Shown here piece by piece: positions 1 to 9,914 of a stretch of DNA of 32,000 nucleotides (positions within the stretch are counted from its first letter, which is position 1; each line of letters begins with the position of its first letter). Below the pieces are notes generated by a model. That model worked only from the letters and a program-made list of their open reading frames with translations. It did not search any database and was not told the DNA's origin. The stretch is from Opitutales bacterium. Its GTDB lineage: Bacteria; Verrucomicrobiota; Verrucomicrobiia; Opitutales; PNEW01. Location of the stretch: NCBI GenBank assembly GCA_965219535.1, contig CBDCNV010000001.1, positions 1,110,001-1,142,000 of the forward strand, given 5' to 3'. The position numbers were made by a program, and so were the translations under genes.

Positions 1-63
1 TAGCCCGACATCTTCCACCCTGTACCCCAATCTCTAATCACTCCTACAATCAATATCAAATAA

Positions 64-1698
64 TCAACTGACATATCGTTGAACGATAGGGATGCGGCGA
101 CCGACACCGAATGCAAGGGGCGTTATTTTTAAGCCCGGCGCGGCTTGCTTTCGTTTATATTCATTCAAGTCTACTTTACGAATCACGTCCTTAACGATAG
201 CTTCATCGAAACCAGCCGCAATTATCTGATCCGAAGATTTACCTTCTTCCACATAGAATTCCAGTATCTGGTCAAGGATATCATAAGGGGGTAGAGAATC
301 CTCATCTTTTTGGTCTGGTCTTAATTCAGCCGAAGGCGCTTTTTCGATTGAATTCCAAGGTATAATTTCTTTCTCCCTGTTCATCCAACGCGCTAAAGCG
401 TAGACTTTTATTTTTGGTAAATCGGAAATCACTGCTAGTCCACCTGCCATATCGCCATATAAGGTGCAGTAACCGACGGCTAACTCACTTTTATTTCCCG
501 TAGTAAGAAGAAGTGCACCGAACTTATTCGAAACAGCCATAAGCAGTACACCGCGGCTGCGCGCTTGAATATTCTCTTCCGTAATATCCCGTTCAACTCC
601 TTCAAAGATAGAGCTGAGTGATCTTTCCGATGCTTCCACTAACTCAGCTATCGGGAGTTGGTGGTAAGTTATGCCGAGATGCTTTGCCAGTGTCGCTGCA
701 TCATCTTTACTATGCTGGCTGGAAATAGACGAAGGTAAACTGATTCCGATTACATTTTCACTTCCCAATGCGTCTACCGCGATCGCTGCGGTAATCGCAG
801 AGTCGATTCCTCCACTCAGTCCAAGAAGGGCTTTCTTGAAACCACTTTTGTGTGCATAATCGCGTAAACCTAAGGTAAGCGCATCGTGGATTGACTCCAT
901 TTCATCTTGGGATGAGCTATCGACTTCTGTATCAACATCCGATGCGATGACCTGAAGGTCCTCTTTAAAACTATTAAGTATACCGATTGTTTTTCCCTCG
1001 GGCGTGACAACGAGGCTGTTTCCATCAAAAATGAGTTCATCGTTGCCCCCGATGGCATTGCAATAAAATACCGGGCAGCCACAGCGCTCAGCCGCTGCTT
1101 TGACCAATGATTCACGAACATTGCTTTTACCGTTATGCCAGGGACTGGAGGAGAGATTCAGCAGTATATCTATCTTTTCACCTGCAAGTTGCTCGACTGG
1201 ATCCTGGTTGTATCGTTTTCCTTTATCAACGCTGCAACTTGTCCAGATGTCCTCGCAAACAGTGATCCCCAGTTTTAAATCTTTATAAGTTATAATTTGC
1301 GGCTTTCCCGATGCTTCAAAATAACGGTCTTCATCAAATACATCATAAGTAGGTAATAAGCATTTGTGAGTCGTTTGTTTTACTTTACCGCCTTCGCACC
1401 AGGCCGCTGCATTGTAAAAGGGTCGGCCTGTTGTCTCCGTGTTTGGGGCGACATAGCCTATAAGTGCCGGAATATCTTCGGTTTCTGTGGCTATTTCATG
1501 AAGGGACGCCACATTGTCGGGGACAAAACGGCTTTTAAAGAGCAGGTCGCGCGGAGGGTAGCCGGTAATCACCAGCTCGGGAAAGAGAACAAGCTCGGCA
1601 CCATTCTCGCAAAGTTTCCTATAGGCGAGAATTATTTTTTGACGATTACCGACAATATCACCCACTGTCGTATTAATCTGAGCGAGTCCTATCTTCAT
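64..1698 (-). CDS. nadE: Glutamine-dependent NAD+ synthetase (N-terminal CN-hydrolase/glutaminase domain fused to NAD synthetase domain)
   Basis: 544-aa ORF. The N-terminal half has the nitrilase-superfamily Glu/Lys/Cys triad contexts [17 protein letters not shown] and TVCEDIW. The C-terminal half has the ATP-pyrophosphatase P-loop GLSGGIDSA. Stop codon is TGA. Confidence 0.93.
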   Translation of the reverse strand: MKIGLAQINTTVGDIVGNRQKIILAYRKLCENGAELVLFPELVITGYPPRDLLFKSRFVPDNVASLHEIATETEDIPALIGYVAPNTETTGRPFYNAAAWCEGGKVKQTTHKCLLPTYDVFDEDRYFEASGKPQIITYKDLKLGITVCEDIWTSCSVDKGKRYNQDPVEQLAGEKIDILLNLSSSPWHNGKSNVRESLVKAAAERCGCPVFYCNAIGGNDELIFDGNSLVVTPEGKTIGILNSFKEDLQVIASDVDTEVDSSSQDEMESIHDALTLGLRDYAHKSGFKKALLGLSGGIDSAITAAIAVDALGSENVIGISLPSSISSQHSKDDAATLAKHLGITYHQLPIAELVEASERSLSSIFEGVERDITEENIQARSRGVLLMAVSNKFGALLLTTGNKSELAVGYCTLYGDMAGGLAVISDLPKIKVYALARWMNREKEIIPWNSIEKAPSAELRPDQKDEDSLPPYDILDQILEFYVEEGKSSDQIIAAGFDEAIVKDVIRKVDLNEYKRKQAAPGLKITPLAFGVGRRIPIVQRYVS

Positions 1699-1766
1699 TA
1701 TAACAAATTTACGTGAATAGAATTGTCATTAGAAAAATTTAATTCTTTTTAAAATAAGAAACTAGT

Positions 1767-3161
1767 ATGAAGTTGATTTGTCAGGTTAACTATAAAATGA
1801 GATTTATTATAAATTTATATCAAGGTTACTCTCATAATCTTGGGCGAAACCTCAAGACAAAGATTTTACCGGTCATTTTATCACTCTTAGCCTGTTTCTC
1901 GCTGGGAATAGTGGCAACAGCAGAAATCGTTACTTTATCTCTCTCGCAGGCTTTAGACATTATTGAGAGTGAGAATTTACAGGTTTTAATCCAACGTCAG
2001 GCAGTTGAAGAAACCCTGCAAAGATCATTTATTGAACGGTCAAAATTATTGCCTTCGGTTAACCTGGAAAGTTTTCAACTGCGCACGCAATTTGTGAATG
2101 TCGGGAGGGGCTTTGATTTTCCCTCTCCACCTCCGGTTAATCGCTTTGATGCAAAACTGGTGGGAGGGGTCCCAGTTTTCAATTACAATAAATATTCCAG
2201 TTATCGATTAGCTAAATATCAGCATGAAATTTCGGAGCTCAATTTCAATAGTGTGCTTGAAGATATCCTCGAAGCGACCACTAACGCATATCTTACGCAT
2301 TTGCGAAATCTGAAAAGAATGGATGTAATCGACGCTAATATCATTCGCGATCACATCCTTTTAGAACTGGCGGAAAATCAGTTTCAGGCGGGGGTGGCAA
2401 CAAGGATCGATGTCACGCGAGCGGAAGTGCAAATTGCGACCGATGAAAAAGAGAGATTGCAGCAAGAGACATTGATTCTGGAGAGCGAACTTCAAATTAA
2501 ACGATTGCTCAAAATTGATCTTGAGGCCGAATTGACGCTTGAAGACATTGAACTGAAAAGCCCCGATCGGAGCCGTTCCTTTGATTACGATATTGAAAGC
2601 ATTCTGGATTTACGGCCTGATTTTATTGAAGCGTCGCTTGAACTGACTCGCGACCGCTATGCAAAAAAAGCGGCTCAATGGGAAAGATTGCCCTCGATAG
2701 AGTTATTTGGTGAAATCGGTTACGTCACGGAAGAGATATTCGATGGAAATGAAGATGATGCGTGGGTTGTCGGTATTTTTGTTTCACTCCCTATATTTGA
2801 GGGCTTGCGTTTGCGTTCGAATAAGCTTCAGGCAATTGCTTCAATCCGAAGCCAGGAATTAATTCTCGATGATCTGCAGTTGGAAATCAGTTCGGAATTT
2901 TTACTCGCGCGCCAGGACGCGCGGTCACGCTATAAACAGATCGATATCGTTCGCAAAAAAGTGGTATTAAGTGAAGAAGAACTTGAATTAGCGCGTAAAC
3001 GTTTTACCGAGGGGATAGCAGATAATCGTGATGTCACCGATGCGCAAGCAGCTTTAGCAGCAGCTAATGATGAGCTGGTTGAAGCGGTATATTTTTATAA
3101 TCTCAGCCGTCTCGAGCTAGCCCGTTCCCGAGGCGGTGTGCGTTTATTGTTTAGTGAATGA
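1767..3161 (+). CDS. TolC-like outer membrane efflux protein (OEP family)
   Basis: 464-aa ORF with a signal-like hydrophobic segment (ILPVILSLLACFSLGIVATA) followed by two coiled-coil-rich repeats typical of outer membrane factor proteins. An alternative ATG lies at 1797. No adjacent membrane-fusion or RND gene. Confidence 0.78.
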   Translation: MKLICQVNYKMRFIINLYQGYSHNLGRNLKTKILPVILSLLACFSLGIVATAEIVTLSLSQALDIIESENLQVLIQRQAVEETLQRSFIERSKLLPSVNLESFQLRTQFVNVGRGFDFPSPPPVNRFDAKLVGGVPVFNYNKYSSYRLAKYQHEISELNFNSVLEDILEATTNAYLTHLRNLKRMDVIDANIIRDHILLELAENQFQAGVATRIDVTRAEVQIATDEKERLQQETLILESELQIKRLLKIDLEAELTLEDIELKSPDRSRSFDYDIESILDLRPDFIEASLELTRDRYAKKAAQWERLPSIELFGEIGYVTEEIFDGNEDDAWVVGIFVSLPIFEGLRLRSNKLQAIASIRSQELILDDLQLEISSEFLLARQDARSRYKQIDIVRKKVVLSEEELELARKRFTEGIADNRDVTDAQAALAAANDELVEAVYFYNLSRLELARSRGGVRLLFSE

Positions 3162-3167
3162 CTAATT

Positions 3168-3328
3168 GTCAAAAGGTCAAAAAGTCAAAAGGTCAAAACG
3201 TTAATTTGATGGTGTTTAAAATTTGATCCTATCTTAACCCATACTGATTATTTTAACCGTTGAACCGCTGAACCCCTGAACCCCTGAACCCAGATTCCCC
3301 AACCTTTTGACATTTTGACCTTTTGACT
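3168..3328. repeat. Composite intergenic repeat element A: GTCAAAAG x4 (3168-3199), AT-rich core, CTGAACCC array (3257-3300), inverted CTTTTGAC array (3303-3328)
   Basis: Read directly. The outer arms are reverse complements of each other. The element occupies nearly the whole spacer between the stop at 3159-3161 and the ATG at 3343. Confidence 0.88.
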
Positions 3329-3342
3329 TTAAAACTAATAAA

Positions 3343-4509
3343 ATGCCTGTCGTTTTGCAGCCTGAAGAAAAGAAAATTACCGAATCAAAGAAGGATGATT
3401 TGGTGGCGGGGCATTTCCAGGATTACGAATCGCTCTTGGTCAGTTTTTTTCTCACACTCTTAATCCACCTTTTAGCTTATTTCACAATTCCCAAAGCTAT
3501 TACCGCAGTACCTGGACCCGAACGGGAAAGGGTAAACGAGTTGGAATATGTTTACCAGGACATTGAAGAGAAGCCCAAACCGGAGACGCAGCGGTTTGTA
3601 GAAGCTAATCCTGATGTGCCGACAAATATACCCGATTCTACCTTAAACATTGCCGCCCGCGATCAACAGGCTGCTCAGGTGGAACAAGTTGAAATTAGTT
3701 TTAATGAAACACCTTATCTCGAGGGCGAGGAGGAGTTGTCACCAAAAATTCTGGCAGGTAGGATCCCCTCACCATCGCAACCCGTAATCGTAGCTTCACA
3801 ACAGCCGATGGGCGTTCAGGTTGCCGAGCAGAGCAGCATACCCCTAATTGAAGAGGGTGTAGTTTTTGCTTCGCCGGAACCGCCGCCGAGACCAGATTTT
3901 ATCGATTGGGAACCGGATACTGAAGAGGGGATGGCGAGCATGCTTGAGCCCGGGGAAGGGAAGGATCCTGCTGAACAGCCCGCAGATCGGGTGCCTCTCG
4001 CGATCAATCTCAATCCCGATAGCATTGAAGGTGGCACGGCGTCTAATCAGAACAGTCAGACTCAGGCCGCGGATGCACAGTCTCAAACTCAACCGCAACT
4101 TCCGAAACCACGATCCCGGCTTGCGCCCGATGTCTTACCCGGACCAATGATGAGGTCTATGTCCGGAGTGCCCGGTTTGGGAATGATTGCGATTGAAGCT
4201 AAGTTTAGCGAATTTGGAGATTATCTTCAACGCATGTATGAAGCTATTGGTTATCAATGGTTGTTGCTCGCAAATCAGACCCGTCGCGGCTCTGCCCAGA
4301 TTGCGTCTCGTGTCGTCCTGGAATTCATAATTTATAATGATGGACGCGTTGAGAATCTAAGGGTCGTTCATTCTTCTGCCGGTCAGGCAGCTACGGTAAT
4401 CTGTAAAGATGCCATACAGTCTCGCTCCCCTTTTGGAATGTGGACGGAAGAAATGGTTCGGACACTAGGTGAAGAGCAGACAATCCGTGTAACATTTATC
4501 TATCAATGA
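3343..4509 (+). CDS. TonB-like energy-transducer family protein (N-terminal TM anchor, Pro/Gln/Glu-rich linker, TonB-C-like domain)
   Basis: 388-aa ORF. It has a single N-terminal TM with His (FFLTLLIHLLAYF), a long Pro/Glu/Gln-rich low-complexity linker, and a C-terminal segment (VVLEFIIYNDGRVENLRVVHSSAGQAATVICKDAIQSRSPF...IRVTFIY) that resembles the TonB C-terminal fold pattern. Confidence 0.55.
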   Translation: MPVVLQPEEKKITESKKDDLVAGHFQDYESLLVSFFLTLLIHLLAYFTIPKAITAVPGPERERVNELEYVYQDIEEKPKPETQRFVEANPDVPTNIPDSTLNIAARDQQAAQVEQVEISFNETPYLEGEEELSPKILAGRIPSPSQPVIVASQQPMGVQVAEQSSIPLIEEGVVFASPEPPPRPDFIDWEPDTEEGMASMLEPGEGKDPAEQPADRVPLAINLNPDSIEGGTASNQNSQTQAADAQSQTQPQLPKPRSRLAPDVLPGPMMRSMSGVPGLGMIAIEAKFSEFGDYLQRMYEAIGYQWLLLANQTRRGSAQIASRVVLEFIIYNDGRVENLRVVHSSAGQAATVICKDAIQSRSPFGMWTEEMVRTLGEEQTIRVTFIYQ

Positions 4510-5285
4510 ATCTTTCTGTAAAATCGGTGACAACAGATATTCCTTTGGGGCGAGGGGTGACTGTAGTCCAATCTCACGCTTCGGGTTTGTTCGCTTTTAA
4601 TAAACCTGCGAGTGTCCGTGCGCATCCCAATTCCGCTAAAGCAGACGAACGCGCACTCCTAAACTGTACTTATAATCAGGATCTCCAATTCTACCATTGG
4701 GTTCTACCCAATGGTCGTGAGGAAAAGCTCTACCTGTTAAATCGGCTTGATTCACCCACGTCTGGTTTGATCATCGGGGCATTGTCTCTAGAGCTCGCTG
4801 AAAAAGTGAAGAAACGTTTTGCGAATAAAGAAGTGGAAAAAATATACCTTGCGGTGGTTTTTCGCGGACATGATCTGAGACGTGAAACCTGGCGTGATCA
4901 GCTAATGGTTGTAAAAGAAAACGAAAAACTGCGAACGAGGACTGATTCCTCCCAGGGTGAACACGCGCTTACCCACGTTCGCCGCATTCACTTATCAACG
5001 GGTCGATTCAAATGCGCGCTTATGGAATTACAACCTGTTACCGGGCGAACGCATCAGCTTCGCGTTCAGTGTGCGAAGAGAAGATTTTCCATCGTTGGTG
5101 ACAGCACCTATGGAGACTTTAAATTGAATCAAGAGGTGCGCAAAGCAACCGGTTGTAAACGCCTTTTTCTCCATGCCAGTCATATCCGCATTCCGCTAAA
5201 TGACACTGAACCAAGAGAGTATTTTGAAGCCGAATCACCTACACCGGCTGAATTTAACACGCTGCTTAATGAGAGCTGGCTTTAA
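4506..5285 (+). CDS. RluA-family pseudouridine synthase
   Basis: 259-aa ORF with the catalytic-Asp motif LNRLDSPTSGLIIGA and the GRTHQLRVQ motif. Its ATG overlaps the upstream TGA (ATGA at 4506-4509). Confidence 0.85.
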   Translation: MNLSVKSVTTDIPLGRGVTVVQSHASGLFAFNKPASVRAHPNSAKADERALLNCTYNQDLQFYHWVLPNGREEKLYLLNRLDSPTSGLIIGALSLELAEKVKKRFANKEVEKIYLAVVFRGHDLRRETWRDQLMVVKENEKLRTRTDSSQGEHALTHVRRIHLSTGRFKCALMELQPVTGRTHQLRVQCAKRRFSIVGDSTYGDFKLNQEVRKATGCKRLFLHASHIRIPLNDTEPREYFEAESPTPAEFNTLLNESWL

Positions 5286-5315
5286 CCTGTCATCTTCTAT
5301 TTTTCACACCTCATC

Positions 5316-6353
5316 ATGATTATACCAAAAGAAAATAAACTTAGCAAAGAACAGCTCAAAGAAATTGAATCGATAGTGGGTGAGTTTGAATGTAATATTC
5401 AAGTCATCACGGGTGCGCATAAAAATATTTATGCTATCATCGGTGACGAGCGCAGCGAATTGATGGTTAATCGCATCGTTGGACTCAATTATATCTCCCG
5501 CGTGGATCGCATGGAGTCAGTCTACAAGTTAATGGGTATTCGCTCAGATATGGCCGGTCATGAAATAAAAATTGGCGGCGTTACTCTTAAAAAAGAATTA
5601 TTTATTTCAGCCGGTCATTGCACCATCGATCCGAAAAACCCTCAATACTTTCTCGAGACCGCAGAAGCAGTGAAAGAAGCTGGGGCACAGGCTATTCGCG
5701 GTGGAATCTGGAAGCCGCGAACGACACCGCATTCTTTCCAGGGTGACAGTAAGTCCATAGATGTATTGTTAGAGGCGCGAGATAAAACAGGGTTACCGGT
5801 TCTCACCGAGGTTATGGATGAAGAACAAATTAAGATCACGGTTGAGGCGGGGATTGACATTTTTCAAGTTGGTACTCGGAACGCACTCAATTACTCGCTC
5901 TTAAAGCAAATTGGAAAAAGTACCGCCGGATCCAATATCGCAATCTTCCTTAAACGCAGTCGCCATATGGGGCCAATCGATGAATTTATTTCTGCGGGAG
6001 AATACATCGTATCCGGCGGTAATCCAAACATCGTGTTATGTCCCCGCGGAACGATGCCAAATATCGATGGTTACCGCAACCACCCCGATGAATCGATCAC
6101 CCCGCTTCTCAAAGAGAGGACTTGGGCACCTATTATCGTCGATCCCTCACATGCAGTGGGTCGAGCCATCTATGTACCCGCGTGTAGTCTGGCCGCCATT
6201 GCTTATGGCGCAGACGGTCTGAATATTGAAACACATATCAATCCGCAAAAGGGCATCGGTGACGATCCAGCACAAAGCGTAACACCCGATAAATTAGCAG
6301 AAATTATTAAAGACGCCCGTCAGTTGTGGATTTCCCCCTCAAGATTCGCTTGA
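5316..6353 (+). CDS. 3-deoxy-7-phosphoheptulonate (DAHP) synthase, class I-beta, with N-terminal ferredoxin/ACT-like regulatory extension
   Basis: 345-aa ORF with GGIWKPRTTPHSFQG and VDPSH motifs typical of the KDO8PS-like DAHP synthase subfamily. An extra N-terminal domain of about 90 aa precedes the barrel. Confidence 0.85.
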   Translation: MIIPKENKLSKEQLKEIESIVGEFECNIQVITGAHKNIYAIIGDERSELMVNRIVGLNYISRVDRMESVYKLMGIRSDMAGHEIKIGGVTLKKELFISAGHCTIDPKNPQYFLETAEAVKEAGAQAIRGGIWKPRTTPHSFQGDSKSIDVLLEARDKTGLPVLTEVMDEEQIKITVEAGIDIFQVGTRNALNYSLLKQIGKSTAGSNIAIFLKRSRHMGPIDEFISAGEYIVSGGNPNIVLCPRGTMPNIDGYRNHPDESITPLLKERTWAPIIVDPSHAVGRAIYVPACSLAAIAYGADGLNIETHINPQKGIGDDPAQSVTPDKLAEIIKDARQLWISPSRFA

Positions 6354-6369
6354 GAGGTAAAGTATTCTG

Positions 6370-6882
6370 ATGACTACCGGTATTGGAATTAAAACCCCGT
6401 TGCGCTATACGGTGTTTTCCCGCAAGTATAAGTGGCTTCATTTTCTCATACTGATCGCGTGCTCGTTTTTCATTTCTGGGTGTGGAAAAAGACCCATGTT
6501 GATCGCACCCGAGGAAGTATGGGAAGTGGTGAGCCGCGAGGGAGAAAAGCATAACCTTAATCCTTCTTTCATTTTTGCGATTGCTTTCGCCGAAAGCAGG
6601 TTCGATGCCCACGCGAAATCACGTCATGCTCGTGGCATGATGCAAATAAGTAAAATCGCGTGGCGGGAAGTGAGCGAACTCTCCTATCGTAAAGCCTGGG
6701 ATTGGCGTCGTAATATTGAAGTGGGAACAAACTATTTGGCCCACAATCGTGCATTGCTGCAAAAGCATCGGCACTTCAGCTACCCCCTTCTCGCCGCTTC
6801 TTATCGCTACGGATTTTATACCGTTAAAAAAAGCGGGTTTGATATTCAAAAAGTAAAAAGTCCCAAAAATAAAATCTATTAG
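6370..6882 (+). CDS. Lytic murein transglycosylase, lipoprotein (SLT domain)
   Basis: 170-aa ORF with a lipobox-like signal (LILIACSFFISGCG), the catalytic-Glu context AFAESRFDAHA and the ARGMMQIS motif of the SLT/GEWL family. Confidence 0.8.
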   Translation: MTTGIGIKTPLRYTVFSRKYKWLHFLILIACSFFISGCGKRPMLIAPEEVWEVVSREGEKHNLNPSFIFAIAFAESRFDAHAKSRHARGMMQISKIAWREVSELSYRKAWDWRRNIEVGTNYLAHNRALLQKHRHFSYPLLAASYRYGFYTVKKSGFDIQKVKSPKNKIY

Positions 6883-6930
6883 CAACTATTTGCCGGTGTG
6901 CTGGATCCCGTTGCCGTCCCTGATGTGTGA

Positions 6931-7356
6931 GGTGAACAGCAATCTTCGTCTTCGTCTGCCTCTTCGTCTTCGTCCGCGTCTGATTCTTCGTCTTTAATAA
7001 GATTCCTTAGAAATGTAGGGTCGCAAGGAGCTTGTCGGCCATAGTACCGCAGCAGTGAAGACGACGGCTGATTGCGTCCGTTTTGACAGAATGGTTACAG
7101 CCACGATCAGCCGACGCCAAGGCTATGGCCGACAGGCAGGAGCGTGGCCCTCCAGACAGGGTGTCTCTAGCACGCTTCTTTAATTACGACAAATCTAACG
7201 CGGTAGGGACACCGCGTTCCACCCTGAATTTGAATTATATAGATGAAGAGGACGAAGACGAAGAGGCAGACAAAGACGAAGCTAATAATTTCCAATCCTC
7301 AACCGTTGAACCGTTGAACCCCGAACCCCGAACCCTGAATCCCGAACCTCGAAACC
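6931..7356. repeat. Nested inverted-repeat mosaic B: CTTCGT-type arms 6944-6975 / 7250-7281 enclosing the long module 7031-7080 and short module 7108-7136; CYGAACCC array 7301-7356
   Basis: Read directly. The 32-nt arms are complementary at 31/32 positions. The inner modules pair tgtcggccata/tatggccgaca and cgacggctg/cagccgacg. It fills the convergent spacer between the transglycosylase and mutS. Confidence 0.88.
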
Positions 7357-7360
7357 TATA

Positions 7361-9910
7361 TCAAAACAGATCCTGCTGGCTGTATTCTTCATCCGTGTCT
7401 TTTGATTTTTTCCGCTTTATCATCTGACGACGAATTAAATTGTGACTGGAGTCGTCAGATTCCAATTTTTGCAGGATGGTCTTTGCCCGCCCGATAACGC
7501 TTTGAGGCAGGCCCGCCAGTCTCGCTACCTGTATCCCATAACTGCGATCGGAGGCTCCACGTATGACCTGACGCATAAATACTATTTCATCATTCCATTC
7601 TTTAACCGCGACGCAGTAATTATTAACGCGCGCAAGTTGCTGTTCCAATTGAGTCAGTTCATGATAATGGGTAGCGAAAAGGGTGCGAGGACCTCGGCTG
7701 TCGTTTCCGTGAAGATGTTCCACAACAGACCACGCAATACTTAATCCATCATAGGTGCTGGTTCCCCGCCCAATTTCATCGAGAATGATAAGACTTTTGT
7801 CGGTGGCATTATTAAGAATATTAGCCGTCTCATTCATTTCTACCATGAAGGTGGAATTCCCTTGCGATAACTCATCACTCGCGCCAACGCGTGAAAAGAT
7901 ACGATCAACTATACCGAATTGGCACCGCTTGGCTGGAACCCAGGAGCCGATCTGGGCCATGAGGACAAGGAGGGCCACTTGTCGGATGTAGGTCGACTTG
8001 CCCGCCATATTGGGCCCCGTGATCAGCCCTATTTGTTCACGATCTGCACTTAGACTGGTATCGTTGGGGACGAAGGAGCGGGTTCCTGCCAACCCGTAGC
8101 GATCGCTCTTCATCATTTGTTCCACCACCGGATGACGGCCCTCTTCTATGATTAAGGTATCGCTGTCATCTATATCCGGGCAGTTGTAATCCCATTCGCG
8201 TGCAATTTTAGACCACCCCAAAAAGAGATCCGTTCTCGCCAGTGCTTCAGCAGTTGATTTTAGATCATCAACCCTGGCCAGTACCTGTGCCACAAGTTCA
8301 CGAAAAAGAATCTCTTCCCGTGCAATGCTTTTTTCTTCGGCATGAAGAATTTCTTTCTCTTTTTCTTTAAGATCCGTCGTGTAATAACGCTCCGCATTTG
8401 TCATCGTCTGTTTCCGGATGTAATCATCGGGTACGAGATGAATATTGGACTTCGTTACCTCGATAAAATAACCGAATGCATTGTTGTATTTAATACGAAG
8501 ATTTTTTATTCCGGACCGTTTCTTTTCACTGCTTTCGAGTTCACTAATCCAAGTCTTATTGTCTCTCGAGAGTAGCCGCAAATGATCCAACTCCTCGTCA
8601 TACTGATCACGGATATAATTGCCATCCTGAAGCTGGTTGGGGAGCGTTTCCACTAATGATTTGTTGAGGAGGTCTCGCAGTTCCGGGAAATCATCAACTT
8701 TGTTACACAGCTCAGTCACATTGGGGCCGTCAAACTCCTGGAGCACGCGAATAATGAGTGGGAGTTGTTGTAAGGTGTCACGAATGCCACCCAGTTCGCG
8801 GGGATTGCGCAGGCGGTTCTGCAAACGGCCGAGGATCCTCGTGACATCGCGAACACACTTTAGGTAGTCATGTAATTCGGAGCCGAGACTGGGAGCTTCG
8901 AGAAATTCACCCACACAGTGTTGCCGCTTTTTAATCTCACTCAAATCGAGGATGGGTTCCGCGAGATAGAGTTCGAGTAGTCTTGAACCTGCCGCTGTAA
9001 CCGTAGCATCCATGACCGCGATAAGTGATCCGTCACGCGTATTGTTGGTCGTTCGGAATACTTCCAAATTCCGTAGGGTCGCGGGATCGAGAAGGAGAGA
9101 ACGAGTACTGCGATATTCGCGGATCAAGTTTAAATTTGCCGGTTTGGCGCAAAGATTTTCTGTAGCGTAATAGATAAGGGCACCTGCCGCTCCAAGCGCA
9201 GCGTGGTCCCGGTTCAAGCCAAAGCCCTCGAGATTGAGCACCCCCAGGGTTTCCATGACCGTTTTTGCTCCCGTGGATTGCTCAAAATGATAGTCGGGTA
9301 ATTCATTCAAGGGATTTCCTTCGCAGAAATTAATCAAGGGTTCGAGCCAGGATAAATGCCGATCCCGTTCCGAGAATAATTCACGACAGCTTTCAGGAAT
9401 TATAATCTCTCGGGGCTCGATGCTCGTGAAGAGGGGAAGCAGATTCTCCGGATTTTGATCGGTAGTAATTTGGAAATCACCAGTTGTTAGATCCAGCCAC
9501 GCGGCGTGAATAGAATCATCCGAAAGATAAAAGGAAAGCAGGTAGTGGTTTTTACGTGCTTCGATTTGATGGTCTTCAAGTATCGTGCCGGGCGTGAGAA
9601 TGCGTGTGAGTGCGCGTTTGACAATTTTTCCCGGTTGCGGGGATTCTATTTGATCGCAAATCGCCACTTTCATACCTGCTGCGAGTATCTTGCCAATATA
9701 ATTATCGGCGGCATGGAAGGGGATTCCGGCCATCGGCTGCTTGTGTCGAGCAGTTAAGGTGATGCCGAGTATCTCAGCTCCCCGCTTCGCGTCTTCATCA
9801 AACATCTCGTAGAAATCACCCAGACGAAAGAGCAGCAACGTATTCGGCGGCAGGTTCTCGCGAACCCCCAAATACTGCTGCATCATCGGAGTGAGTGTTT
9901 TCTTGGGCAT
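7361..9910 (-). CDS. mutS: DNA mismatch repair protein MutS
   Basis: 849-aa ORF with the N-terminal mismatch-binding motif RLGDFYEMF, Walker A GPNMAGKSTY, and Walker B/signature region LIILDEIGRGTSTYDG. Confidence 0.97.
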   Translation of the reverse strand: MPKKTLTPMMQQYLGVRENLPPNTLLLFRLGDFYEMFDEDAKRGAEILGITLTARHKQPMAGIPFHAADNYIGKILAAGMKVAICDQIESPQPGKIVKRALTRILTPGTILEDHQIEARKNHYLLSFYLSDDSIHAAWLDLTTGDFQITTDQNPENLLPLFTSIEPREIIIPESCRELFSERDRHLSWLEPLINFCEGNPLNELPDYHFEQSTGAKTVMETLGVLNLEGFGLNRDHAALGAAGALIYYATENLCAKPANLNLIREYRSTRSLLLDPATLRNLEVFRTTNNTRDGSLIAVMDATVTAAGSRLLELYLAEPILDLSEIKKRQHCVGEFLEAPSLGSELHDYLKCVRDVTRILGRLQNRLRNPRELGGIRDTLQQLPLIIRVLQEFDGPNVTELCNKVDDFPELRDLLNKSLVETLPNQLQDGNYIRDQYDEELDHLRLLSRDNKTWISELESSEKKRSGIKNLRIKYNNAFGYFIEVTKSNIHLVPDDYIRKQTMTNAERYYTTDLKEKEKEILHAEEKSIAREEILFRELVAQVLARVDDLKSTAEALARTDLFLGWSKIAREWDYNCPDIDDSDTLIIEEGRHPVVEQMMKSDRYGLAGTRSFVPNDTSLSADREQIGLITGPNMAGKSTYIRQVALLVLMAQIGSWVPAKRCQFGIVDRIFSRVGASDELSQGNSTFMVEMNETANILNNATDKSLIILDEIGRGTSTYDGLSIAWSVVEHLHGNDSRGPRTLFATHYHELTQLEQQLARVNNYCVAVKEWNDEIVFMRQVIRGASDRSYGIQVARLAGLPQSVIGRAKTILQKLESDDSSHNLIRRQMIKRKKSKDTDEEYSQQDLF

Positions 9911-9914
9911 TTAA

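Noticed and set aside
671-1716. Plus-strand ORFs (671-859, 1100-1288, 1366-1716) and an alternate-frame minus-strand ORF (870-1121) inside nadE
   Set aside because: They are fully nested in a strongly supported 544-aa gene, on the opposite strand or in another frame, and have no motifs.
7031-7080. 5S-rRNA-like opening (gtcggccatag...) in the 50-nt module
   Set aside because: The resemblance covers only about 10 nt. The remaining 5S helices and loops are absent, the module is 50 nt long, and it occurs in multiple copies within repeat mosaics.
7083-7427. 114-aa ORF on the plus strand (MTEWLQPRSADAKAMADRQ...EDEDEEADKDE...EPLNPEPRTLNPEPR)
   Set aside because: It is a read-through of repeat modules: the short module, the GAAGAC arm and the CYGAACCC array. 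It starts at TTG and runs into the mutS 3' end on the opposite strand. Its low-complexity periodic peptide reflects the DNA repeats, not a protein.
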